A DNA stretch of 32,000 bases from Candidatus Saccharimonadota bacterium (lineage in GTDB: Bacteria > Patescibacteriota > Gracilibacteria > BD1-5 > UBA6164), in NCBI GenBank assembly GCA_965229705.1, contig OZ245922.1:660001-692000 (forward strand). The letters are read 5' to 3'. Below the pieces are notes generated by a model. That model was not told where the DNA came from. It saw only the letters and a program-made list of their open reading frames with translations, and ran no database searches. Shown piece after piece: positions 20,622 through 30,733 of the stretch (positions are counted from its first letter, which is position 1; each line of letters starts with the position of its first letter). Made by a program: the position numbers and the translations under genes.

Positions 20622-22373
20622 ATGAGAAATGCAAGAAATGAATGTTTTGCTGGTGTAGAGATTGAGTATCTCTGAGGTATAGAATCCATAGAAAAACAAG
20701 AAACCATCACCTGATCATGTACCCTATTCTCAGCTCGTGACCTCAAAGGGAATACTATCAAAATCATCATAGATGCTGGGATGCACCAATGATGAAAAAA
20801 AGAAAAAGAAAAAAATGCTGATGTTGATGAGCGAATACTTACTGCTGATCATCTCATTGTTACCCATGCACACATTGACCATATTGGGAAAATACCCTTT
20901 CTCGTAAAAAAAGGATTTCGATGAAAAATACATATGTCTCCAACAACCAAGCAAATTGCTATAGAATCTCTCAAAGACAGTGCAAGAGTTATGAAAAGAG
21001 AATATGAGGAAACTCTCTGATATAATAAAAAAGTAGGTCCTTTACTCAAAGCTATGGTCAAATTGAAAAAGATAGAAGAAACACTACAAAAAAATGGTAT
21101 CAATAAAGCAGACCGAAACAAGTTGGAGCAACAGAAACTACAGATTGGTAAAAAATATACCGCTCAAGAGTTAAAAATACATAGAGACAAATACCCACAC
21201 ATACAAGAAAATTCTGATATTGCATGAGTGCTTCGTCCACCTACTCCTCCTCTTTATTCTCTCGAAGATGTTCTTCAGATTGTCCCAATGATAGAGTCTC
21301 TTGATATAGGACAAAAAAAATCACTGTCTTTTGAGTCAGGGACTTGAGTATCTGATATTTCTGAAACTCCCACTATAGATGGTTTATCTGTTTGCTTTCA
21401 CAATGCTGGGCATATAGCAGGATCTGTGCAGGCTGAAATCTCCATACGCATATCACGAATTATTAACGGAGCAAAGCAGCTTCATTCACCACAAGATACC
21501 CAAGAAGAAAAAATATATCTCTTCTCCTGAGATCTCTGAAGAATGGATACATGAAATGTATCATGACCCCCAAGTATTACTCAAAGTCATGTTGACTACG
21601 CTCAAGTTGAGTCAACCTACGCTTGAAAGAATCATCCAGATAGATGGTCCTCTCACAGCAGGCTTATAGAAATAATCCAAAATGCTCCTTGAAAAATAAT
21701 TATCCCTTGCTTCGCTGTTCAGCGCAGTCAAGAGATACTGCTGTTACTTCTCAAACATGCTGGAGAACTCGGTATATCTCCATGAAATATTATTCTTGAT
21801 AGTCCTCTCGCAAGCCTCATGACAGATGTATATATCAACAATATCGGTGAACCCTACTCCCTGCTTGATCCTGCAATACAAAGAGAAAGACTCGGGAAAG
21901 TATATGTAAAAAGGCTCACCGAAAAAAATGCTTATAAAAAACTCTATAGCGATAGAGCGAGAAATACCAGACAAATCATCATATCTTCTGGTTGAATGTG
22001 TCAATGATGAGCCATCATATCTCACCTTAAACAAAACCTCTCAAACCCCAACTCCACTATTGTATTTATAGGATATACTCCCGAAAATACTCTCTGAAAA
22101 CAAATAAAGAATGCTACACAAGAAGTCTCTATCGAGTGAAACACATATCCCATAAACTGTCATGTTCATGATATAGCATGATTTTCTGGGCATATATGAC
22201 ATGATGAGATTGTACAATACTGTAGTGAGATACACTTTCGTGCTGGAGCAATTCTTGCCCTGACTCATGGTGGAGAATCAAGATCAAAGCTCAGCTCTGA
22301 GATACAATCCCCCAAAAAATGAGGGAAAGTCACTACTCCCCAAGTATGAGATACTGTAAAACTAACATTCTAA
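20622..22373 (+). CDS. Beta-CASP family metallo-beta-lactamase-fold ribonuclease/nuclease (583 aa)
   Basis: ...ETITGSCTLFSA...[11 protein letters not shown]...[29 protein letters not shown]...[11 protein letters not shown]...[15 protein letters not shown]...ISSGGMCQGGAIISHL...HDIAGFSGHIGHDEI...LALTHGGES... carries the HxHxDH motif and beta-CASP motifs A, B and C. About 25 TGA codons, many at motif glycines. TAA stop. Confidence 0.85.
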
Positions 22374-22376
22374 AAT

Positions 22377-23390
22377 ATGAACATCCAAAAATGAATCAGC
22401 CACTGTGATACCATAGGAGATATTTTTAAAAACCCTCTCCTAGTAAAGCTTATTAACAGGTGGCATAAACAGCTGTATAGTAACCAAGGGATACAGCGTA
22501 AAAAAAATAAGCGTATTCGCCCAGAGTATTATGAGTTTCTCCGAAGCATATTTCTAGATAGATCAGATATGCATCTTTTTTTGGACTATATCCGCGAACT
22601 GATCATCACAGAGGATAGTTTATACCAAAGTATTGAAAAGAGTTATAATATAGAAGACCGCATTGTGACACTGCTTGCTTTCGATGAGATACATACACAA
22701 CTCTCAAACTACAATAGGTTCACTCTGCAATGAATATTTCAGACTCGTATATATGACATTATTAACGACGCTAAAAATCGTAGTGCTCATGAAGAAGACC
22801 CAGAAGAATGAGTCTATCCAGAAATATCTGTATATGACGCTTTAGAAGGTATGCTCGAGAGATGAATTCCTATCAGTCAAGATGGAGAAATCATAGGTTA
22901 TATAGCTGATACAAATGACCACTACCTTGTGAGTGTTCAATGAGTTTGATCCTTGCGAGAGGCTGATAGAGTGTGAAACTATGTTGATGAAGATGATATA
23001 CTACAAATATCATGACTTGCTATACCAGCTACAAGAGGTGATATGGTTAAGAGAATTCGTATGATAGAAAATATATTGCAGCATATATGAAGTTGAGATG
23101 ATGAAGAATCTGTTTTATGAGACGATGAAGAAGCACTTTATAATGCTCTTGAGAGTGATTTTGATAGCCAGAGAGATACGCACCTTGATGAGACCATGAT
23201 TCAACAACACTTTTATGAATATGTTGATCAATATAAAACAGAGCTATGAGAAAGACTCAAGAAGATGCCCTGGGATACGCAAAAAGAGTTTCAATGACTC
23301 AAGCTCGTATGAACTTCTGGAGATCCTCATGAATCTTGAAAAAATGCAAACACTCCTACCCGAAAAAAAAATCTTCATATCGTGAAATAA
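22377..23390 (+). CDS. Hypothetical acidic protein (337 aa as written; last ~30 codons doubtful)
   Basis: ATG starts 4 nt after the nuclease stop. MNIQKGISHCDTIGDIFKNPLLVKLINRWHKQLY...DDEESVLGDDEEALYNALESDFDSQRD...KKMPWDTQKEFQ. After about 23295 this frame has three TGA codons in 16 codons and looks non-coding. TAA at 23388. Confidence 0.5.
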
Positions 23391-25047
23391 TATCCTTAAT
23401 CAAAAAAACATGCACTCCTCAAATATAACTCGATCCCAAGTGACTGCTAGTATTCCCCATGAAATTGATTCGTATACGGGGAAAGTCAGAATAGACCCCT
23501 CAGCTATTACTCACATAGTCTCTCAAACACGCTGAGAAACTCTTCATCTCTCTGACGTGAGTCCAGAAAAGCAGGGTCTTCTCCAACATTTTCAAAAAAA
23601 TATTATATGACAAGAGCAGGCATGTGAAGAAGTTGCTGATCGTATCGATATATGACTACATCGTATGCTACAACCAGGCTGACCTCTTGCGATTATTCCT
23701 TTATTTTGACCTACAGGAGTATGAAAAACGCAATTTGCTCGTTGTACTGCGGAGTTCTTTTTTGGTGATTCTTGAGACTTCACAAAAATAGCTGGAGAAG
23801 AACATCAGCAATCACATACAGATAGAAATATATTTTGAGCTCCAAAATCGTATATAGGATATGGAGATTCAACCCCTCTTTCATCGAAAAATTTATTTCG
23901 ATATTATGACAAAAAGAAAAACACTCCTCTTTTACAAAATAGACCGAACTTTTCTATTCTTTTGCTTGATGAAATAGAAAAGTTTCATCCAAGTATTATT
24001 CAATCTTTTCTCTGAATACTTGATACATGAAAAGTCGAACTGACCAATAATGATTCTGTAGATCTGACGAATACCATTATTTTTATTACTTCAAACGCTG
24101 GAGAAGCAGAGGCATCTAATAGAAAACCCATATGATTCTACGCTCATGAAGATCATGATGATGAGGATATTCGTGACAGAGCAATATCTCAAACATTTTC
24201 TCCAGAATTTCGATCTCGAATGGGTTCTCCTATACGACTCAAAAATCTTTCACCAAATGACTGTATTGGTATTATTCATAAAAAAATTCAAGATACTAAC
24301 AAGGTTTTACAAGACTATTATATCTCGTGGAATGTTCATATATGAATTTCTGATTCTGCTGTGGATTTTTTAGTAAAACATTGATTTAACAAAAAACAAT
24401 GAGCAAGACCAATAGAGCATGTGTATAAAAAGTTTGTTAGTAGGAAAATTGATCGAGTGCTAGGTGAGTTGAAGGACTCTCCCGTACTGTACAGAAGAAA
24501 CCCAACCATACTTTTCTTTGATTATCATGAACAAAGTGATGATATGACTGTACAATTATTTTCTCCTGAAATACAAAAAGGGTCCCATTTTATACAGGCT
24601 ACACCCTATCAATATACTCCTACGACTATTGATTTAGTAAACAGAATTCTTTCTCAGTCAGAGAAAGTAACATCATATATCACTGAGCTAACAAAAGACG
24701 GATTTGATAAAAATGCCATTGTATTGTTTTCTACCCTAGATCATCAGAAGATTCTCGAAACTATCAGTATTTTTGAGTTATGGGGTAAATGATCTATCAA
24801 TGTGTATGGAGAACATCCTGATGCTTTTGAAAATTTTCAGCTGAGAGATATAGGGAGGATAATTCTCAATATAGCGCGGCAAATTTTTCAAAATGATAAC
24901 TACTCCAAGCATATATTTATATTGCGAGTCATTGCTCGGGGTATTCTTGTCATCCAAGAACTCATCTGAAGAGAAACACTAAATGAAATACAAAAAAATA
25001 TTATAGTACAAATGTCGGTATCTTCTGCCTTAAAAATATGGAAGTAG
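23329..25047 (+). CDS. Single-domain Clp/Hsp100-like AAA+ ATPase (ClpA/B D2-type) with ~220-aa C-terminal extension; start uncertain
   Basis: ...IDPSAITHIVSQTRGETLH...NIIGQEQACEEVADRI...LFGPTGVGKTQFA (Walker A; both glycines are TGA at 23707-9 and 23722-4)...IFGAPKSYIGYGD...ILLLDEIEKFHPSIIQSFLGILDTGKV...IIFITSNAG...FSPEFRSRMG... Candidate starts at 23329, 23344 and 23410. Frame is +1 relative to the upstream gene. TAG at 25045. Confidence 0.75.
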
Positions 25048-25062
25048 TTTATGAATTGAGTT

Positions 25063-25246
25063 TTAAGGAAACTCTGAAAAATAGAAAAATCTTGTGTAAG
25101 AGACCGGTCTCAAGCCCTTGAAATAAGTAACTCGAGACCGGTTTCGCGAAAACAAAAAATTTCTCATCCTCTCTGGCTCTATCGAGCTTTCTCTCCTTTG
25201 TAAAAGGAGAGAAGAATCTATTTTCCCAAGAAACATAGCCTTCATT
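25063..25246 (+). repeat. Copy C of the palindromic repeat, carrying a 71-nt nested insertion and a degraded 3' arm
   Basis: TTAAGGAAACTCTGAAAAA / [insert 25082-25152] / CAAAAAATTTCTCATCCTCTCTGGCTCTATCGAGCTTTCTCTCCTTTGTAAAAGGAGAGAAGAATC... is collinear with copies A and D outside the insert. Confidence 0.75.
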
Positions 25247-25330
25247 GTTTTGAAATACGACATGAAAGCGAAACGAAAAAGTTGACTTGTGTTTTGTTTT
25301 TATATAATAGCGTGGCTATGAAAGTTGTAG

Positions 25331-25407
25331 GGGCGTATAGCTCAGTTGGTTAGAGCGCACGACTGATAATCGTGAGGTCGGAAGTTCAAATCTTCCTATG
25401 CCCACCA
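25331..25407 (+). tRNA. tRNA-Ile (anticodon GAU)
   Basis: GGGCGTA-TA-GCTC-AGTTGGTTA-GAGC-G-CACGA-CTGATAA-TCGTG-AGGTC-GGAAG-TTCAAAT-CTTCC-TATGCCC-A-CCA. Confidence 0.92.
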
Positions 25408-25424
25408 TAAAAGGCGCTTATATA

Positions 25425-25451
25425 CCTTTGAGGAAACTCAGAGGTTTTTTT
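25425..25451. terminator. Rho-independent terminator after tRNA-Ile (also faces the hisS end)
   Basis: CCTTTGAG-GAAA-CTCAGAGG followed by TTTTTTT. 8-bp stem with one G-U pair and a GNRA loop. Confidence 0.65.
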
Positions 25452-25480
25452 AGTGCGCTTACTTTCAAGTTTGCTGAGTA

Positions 25481-26767
25481 TTATACCAAACAGATTTTCT
25501 CATCTCCTGACTGAAGATGTTTTATTTTGTAACATGATTTCTGACATTCTTCCTCTCCAAAAATAACTACATGAGAAAAATGATGCTTATCTGCATACTT
25601 CATAGCTTTTGCGAGTTTTTTCTTTGAAAGTCAAAGTTCTATATTTTTTCACTGCTGGCGTAAACATGATGCAAGACTTTGCACATCGGAAAATAATACT
25701 CCTTCCAAAAGAGGAAAGTAATACTTTTCTTCTTGAGTATCTACAAGTTTTTTCAAAAGATTATGCCCCTCTAAAAAGAGCTTCATTGTCTCATCTCCAG
25801 GAGCAAATCCTACTGCTGGAATATCCTCTTTTACTCAAAAAATACTTGCTAAACCATTATATCTCCCTCCTCAAAAAAGAGCTCGTGGATTATCTGAGTT
25901 TTGATCAAACATTTCAAAGATAATTCCATCATAGTAGTCAAAACCTCGAATCAGATCTCCCGAAAATTGTATCTCAGAGGCATATCAAAGATCTACTAAA
26001 AAAGTACTTATTTCTGAAAAATCTTGAAAACTCTGCGTTGTAACAATATCAGGAAAAGACTCTGCCAGATCAGAAATACTTTGAGAGCTCATAAATTTCT
26101 CAATAGAAGAAGATATATCGCCTAATCAAAGTTCTCAGAGTCACTGAGTAAAAGCTTCTCACGTCATTTTTTCATATTTATCCAGCAGTCTCATCAATTT
26201 TTTTGAGAGTGTTTCATCTGAGATTTTGAGAATATTTTGAAAAAAACTTTCTATGAGTCATCGATGATTGAGTTTGAGCATATAACTGCCACTTGGGGCA
26301 TCAAAGGCTCTCATGAGTTCCAGAGCGAGTGTCAGTATTTCTCTATCGGCATTCACTCATGATTCTCCAAATATATCTGCGTTGAGTTGCCAAAACTCTC
26401 TATTTCTTCATTTCTGTGGTTTTTCGTTTCGATAAAAATTCGCAATACTAAACCATTTCAGAGGCTTATCACATTCTTTCCACTTACGGCTAACCATACG
26501 AGTAACTGTTGGGGTCATTTCTGGTCGAATTGCGAGTCCATCAAGATGTCATTCACGGTTTGTAATCTGTGTGAGCTCTGATCAACCTACATCTTCTCAT
26601 GATTTTGCTTTCCATATATCGATGGGCTCTACGAGTGGTCCAAGATATTCTTGAAAACCATAGCGTAGGCATACCTGTCTCCAGGTATCAAAGATATATT
26701 TTCTGAGTTTGTATTCTTCGGGAAACCAGTCTGAGGTTCATTTTGGTGGAGTATTTGGGAGTTGCAT
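25481..26767 (-). CDS. hisS: Histidyl-tRNA synthetase
   Basis: MQLPNTPPKGTSDWFPEEYKLRKYIFDTWRQVCLRYGFQEYLGPLVEP...AIRPEMTPTVTRM...FYRNEKPQKGRNREFWQLN...LIRGFDYYDGIIFE...ALFGGGRYNGLASIFG...IPAVGFAPG... The G of PKGTSDW is TGA at 26738-40. TAA stop at 25481. Confidence 0.93.
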
Positions 26768-26845
26768 AAATTGAAAATAGAAATACTAAAATAGTATAAA
26801 GATAAAGCAGAACTTCTCAAAAGACATTGCGAAAAAACAGTGAGA

Positions 26846-27610
26846 TTACATTTTTGAAAATTCACTACTCTTGAGTTTTATCCTAATACCAAAGGCATTA
26901 TTTCCATATACTTCTTCTGGAAAATGCATTTTTCGACGATAGCTATGAAAGAGCTCTTTCTCTTTATAAGTACAATACGGAGAAACTTCTATATGTTTAT
27001 GCAAAACTCCATACTTCAAAAGTTGGTGCTCTGCAGTTGCTCGAAGATGAAAAAAATAATTTTTATTTCTCTGTTCTAAAAAAGAAGTGTACTCCTCAGG
27101 AATCCGAGAAATAAAATCTTCTCCCACCTCGTAATTTTGTACTCAAATACAGGGACCAACAAATACATATAGGTCTTGAGGTTCAGAAGAAAAGCTCTCA
27201 TGCATTTTCTGAAATGTCTTTGAGATAATACCAGAAAAAAGTCATCTCCATCCTGCATGAATGGCTCATACACATGTATTTTTCGCATCGTATATAAGAA
27301 GTGGGATACAATCTGAGGCTAAGACGCTCATAAAGACTCAAGGAATATTTGTAATAGCTGCATCGCCGTAGTGCTCTTGACTATAATTTTCTGAAGTAAT
27401 AAGATGAGTAGTATTTCCATGTTTTTGACTCAGAAACACAAGACTATCTTGTGATATTCATAGTTTCTGAGCCAAATATATTTTATTTTTTTCAGCAGCA
27501 TATGTATCCTCTGATTTATGAATTGAAGAATGGAAAAAATGAGGTTTCGTAGTTATGAAACTCTCCACCTCTGGAAACTTAGAAAAGATGTGAGGATATA
27601 ATATTTTCAC
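26846..27610 (-). CDS. pgeF: Peptidoglycan editing factor PgeF (YfiH / DUF152 laccase-domain protein)
   Basis: ...SDCIPLLIYDAKNTCVGAIHAGWRGLFSGII...VFVGPCIGVQNYEVGEDF...SPYCTYKEKELFHSYRRK... The last G of HAGWRG is TGA. The GTG start shares one base with the comM TAG. TAA stop. Confidence 0.85.
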
Positions 27611-29145
27611 TATGATTCTTCCTTTTTACGATAACTCAATGCCTCTAAAATATGTTCTGAGGAAAGTATATCACTTCCGTCAAGATCTGCAATAGTTCGA
27701 GAAAGCTTGAGGATACGATAATAGCTCCGAGCAGAAAGATCAAGATTCTCTACTGCTTGCTGCAAAAGATCTTGAGCCTCTTCTTCAAGAATGCAGTATT
27801 CTTTTACCTGCTGAGAACTCATCTCAGCATTTGCTGAAATATTGAGCTGTAAAAAACGGTTTTGCTGAATATCCCGAGCCTTTTGAACTCGAAGCTGTAC
27901 TTCCTGTGAACTCTCTGGAGTATTGTCTCTTCACTTTTTAAAATCTTCAAGAGGAACTTTGGGAACATCAATATACATATCCACGCGATCAATCAAAGGT
28001 CCTGAAAGACGAGCGCGATAATTTGCTATCTGATTTAGACTACAAATACACTGCTTATCTGTATCTGTGAGATACCCACACGGACAAGGATTCATCGCTC
28101 AAAGAAGAGAAAACTTTGCCGGATAATTATATGTTGCATTTACCCTCGTTACAGTAATTTCGCCATCTTCCAGTGGCTGACGGAGAACCTCAAGTACCGT
28201 TTTTTGAAACTCCAAAATTTCATCAAGAAACAAGACTCCCTTATGAGCAAGTGATATCTCTCACGGTTTTGCATGACTCCCTCCACCAATAATACTCACA
28301 CTACTTGCAGTATGATGGATACATCGAAACGGTCTTTCGACGACTAAAGGTATATCATTTGATAGTAATCATGATATAGAATATATCTTTGAGATTTCTA
28401 TAGACTCTTCCAATGTAAGATCCGGGAGAATACCCGAAAACGATTTTGCTAGCATCGTTTTTCCACTCCCTGGAGGTCCTTCCATAAGAATATTATGGGC
28501 TCATGCTGCTGCTATCTCCAGAGCTCTTTTTGCCTGAGATTGTCAGACAATATGACAAAAATCATATTTTTGTGAAACATGCTCCTGTCTGAGGGATGAG
28601 AGGTCCAAGACTGGTTCTGGTGTATAGGCAAGTTCCTGATTGAGAATAGCGATAAGTTCTTTGAGGTTTTGTATTTTGATCACCTCAATTCCTGGAATGA
28701 TAGACGCTTCTTTGGTATTAGCTGCAGGAATAAAAATACGAGAAAATCATTTTTCTTTTGCTCCTATTGTTGCTGGAAGTACTGAAGGGATATGCCGTAA
28801 ACTCCCATCAAGCGACAATTCTCCTAAAAATATTGAGTCCTGTACCAGACTCTCATCTCGAATATATCACTGATCCAGCAATATCCCTACCGCAATTCAC
28901 AAATCAAAACTTGGTCAGGTCTTTTTGATATTTGCTGGAGCAAGATTTACGGTGATCCGCGTTGTTGGAAGTTTTGCACCACTCGACTTAAGAGCTGAAC
29001 GCAGACGCTCTTTACTCTCTTGTACTCACTGGTCAGGAAGTCATACGATGGTAAAAGCAGGAAGCCCTTGGTTTATATCTACTTCGATATCAACAAGGGT
29101 TGTATCGAGTCCATTGACACTAATAGCGCGAGTTATAGAAATCAT
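27610..29145 (-). CDS. comM: Mg-chelatase-like AAA+ protein ComM/YifB
   Basis: [38 protein letters not shown]...[29 protein letters not shown]...[11 protein letters not shown]...[12 protein letters not shown]...[19 protein letters not shown]... The G of AAAGAH is TGA at 28501-3. TAG stop. Confidence 0.93.
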
Positions 29146-29286
29146 CTCATAGAATATTATATGCTAAAATACATGTATATATCTCAAATATATTTTGAGT
29201 ATATATTGTATATATTTTTATGCAAAAAAAATATGAACTTTTTTGAAGACTTTTATAAATCTCGTGTTTTATTGTATGAAAATATT

Positions 29287-29396
29287 CTTAAGGAATCTCT
29301 GAGAAACTCCTTTTTTCTCTCCTTTTTCAAAGGAGAGATGGCTTGTTAGAACCAGAGAGGATGAGAAACTTTTTGTTTTTCAGAGTCTCCTTAAGG
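29287..29396 (-). repeat. Copy D of the palindromic repeat (inverted relative to A-C)
   Basis: Reverse complement: CTTAAGGAGACTCTGAAAAACAAAAAGTTTCTCATCCTCTCTGGTTCTAACAAGCCATCTCTCCTTTGAAAAAGGAGAGAAAAAAGGAGTTTCTCAGAGATTCCTTAAG. Lies between the comM start and the Rrf2 stop. Confidence 0.8.
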
Positions 29397-29399
29397 TTT

Positions 29400-29795
29400 T
29401 TAGTTCCCCACTATCTTATCAAGTGTCTGCATCTTCAAGAGAGAGTTTATTCCTCGCTGCAGATGACCTAACGCGTCAGTAGTGTAACAATTATCTTTTT
29501 TTTCACAGTATTCATCGCGTGTACACTCAGTAATACCAATCTCTTCTCCAACTGCCAGAAATATATCATAAAGAGAAATCTGTGATGGTGGAACTGCGAG
29601 CATCACTCAACCACCTCGACCTTGCTTTGAAAGAATAATCCCTGCCTTATGAAGGTCAGGAATAATACGCCGAAGACACGCCTCGCTCATTCACTGATCT
29701 ATCACAATATCTTTTATTTGCACAAGCTCATCTCGATCTGCAATATAACAAAGTGCCTTTAGAGCATCATCTCATGTTTGTGAAAGTTTGATCAT
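29400..29795 (-). CDS. Rrf2-family transcriptional regulator, IscR-like
   Basis: MIKLSQTGDDALKALCYIADRDELVQIKDIVIDQGMSEACLRRIIPDLHKAGIILSKQGRGGG... (wHTH), then ECTRDEYCEKKDNC, a C-x5-C-x5-C spacing like the IscR Fe-S ligands. TAA stop. Confidence 0.85.
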
Positions 29796-29830
29796 GGGAA
29801 GTTTACTGTTTAGAGATTATAAACTCATAG

Positions 29831-30232
29831 CTAGAGTGATAACACGCTATCAAATACATCTTTTTTTCCATCTTGTAGATAGTGATGAAGAGCGTTACGA
29901 GTAGTAAGAAGCCCCAGAATACTTGCTTTTTTGCGTCTTTCGCTCACGGGCATTTGTATCAACTCCTCGATATAACTGTAGCCATAGTGAAATACTTCTT
30001 CTATCTGCATACCAATAATACTTTCTCCAAAGATGCTCGCACAAGCTGTCGTAATAATCGCTGTATCTCACTGGAAAGACCAGTTTTGTATTGTATTATT
30101 TTTGATTTTTATATACACTTTGAGGTCATCTCCACAAGTACGATTTTCTTCCCAAAAGGATACATCGTAGTGAGGAAGTATTCCTTTATTTGGTGGTGTT
30201 CTCGAATAAAATGTAATAATTTCGTTATGCAA
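29831..30232 (-). CDS. NifU N-terminal domain / SufU-like Fe-S scaffold protein (divergent)
   Basis: (TTG start) HNEIITFYSRTPPNKGILPHYDVSFWEENRTCGDDLKVYIKIKNNTIQNWSFQGDTAIITTACASIFGESIIGM...RRKKASILGLLTTRNALHHYL... The NxxCGD motif is present. TAG stop. Start is tentative because there is no in-frame ATG. Confidence 0.7.
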
Positions 30233-30240
30233 GATAGGGA

Positions 30241-30277
30241 AAAGTTTAAAGGGAAAAGCTAAAAGTAAGAGAAAAGT
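30241..30277. repeat. Left arm of a 37-bp inverted repeat bracketing the four-helix-bundle gene
   Basis: AAAGTTTAAAGGGAAAAGCTAAAAGTAAGAGAAAAGT. Its reverse complement matches 30734-30770 (29-nt perfect core; 2 mismatches in the 8-nt extension). Confidence 0.85.
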
Positions 30278-30315
30278 TACGAGTTACAGGTTGGAAGTTA
30301 GAAAAAAATAACTAT

Positions 30316-30666
30316 TTATGCACGCCTCTTTAAAGACTTAATCAGTCAAGCAAGCATTTTAGATATCTCAATACATACTTGAAACAGTTTCTGAAACATT
30401 GTTTGATCTATATATCAAAAATCTAAAGCGATGTATAACATTGAGCGAACTTCTCAACAAGATCATTTAGCAATAAATAGAAATTGTCGTAGCTCTTTAT
30501 CAGTTTGTCGCTCATATCATTCAGCAATATTATTGGAAATAGATACTGCTGCTCTTTCTATTTGGTTTTTAAATCAAAAATCAGAGTTACTTTGAAAAAT
30601 CTTATATATTACAACTGATAAATCTTTTGCCTTTTTCCAACAGTCCAAATCTTCAAATTGTTTCAT
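30316..30666 (-). CDS. Four-helix-bundle protein (23S rRNA intervening-sequence protein family)
   Basis: MKQFEDLDCWKKAKDLSVVIYKIFQSNSDFGFKNQIERAAVSISNNIAEGYERQTDKELRQFLFIAKGSCGEVRSMLYIALDFGYI... shows hallmark motifs Q-x-x-RAA-x-SI-x-x-NIAEG and F-x-x-IA-x-GS-x-x-E. TAA stop. Confidence 0.85.
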
Positions 30667-30733
30667 ATAATCTCTATCCTTAAATGTTAAACTCTCTCAA
30701 CTCTTGCTTTCTGATTTTTTCCTCTTACTCCCC

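Noticed and set aside
23279-23288. CAAAAAG run as a dnaX-like A_AAA_AAG -1 programmed frameshift site linking the two genes
   Set aside because: The downstream coding frame is +1 (or -2) relative to the upstream one, not -1. The heptamer is also incomplete in the zero frame. An indel or a simple gene overlap is more plausible.
25331-25407. tRNA-Ile(GAU) as a marker of a nearby rRNA operon
   Set aside because: No 16S or 23S sequence, and no tRNA-Ala, flanks it within the window. It is a stand-alone gene with its own terminator.
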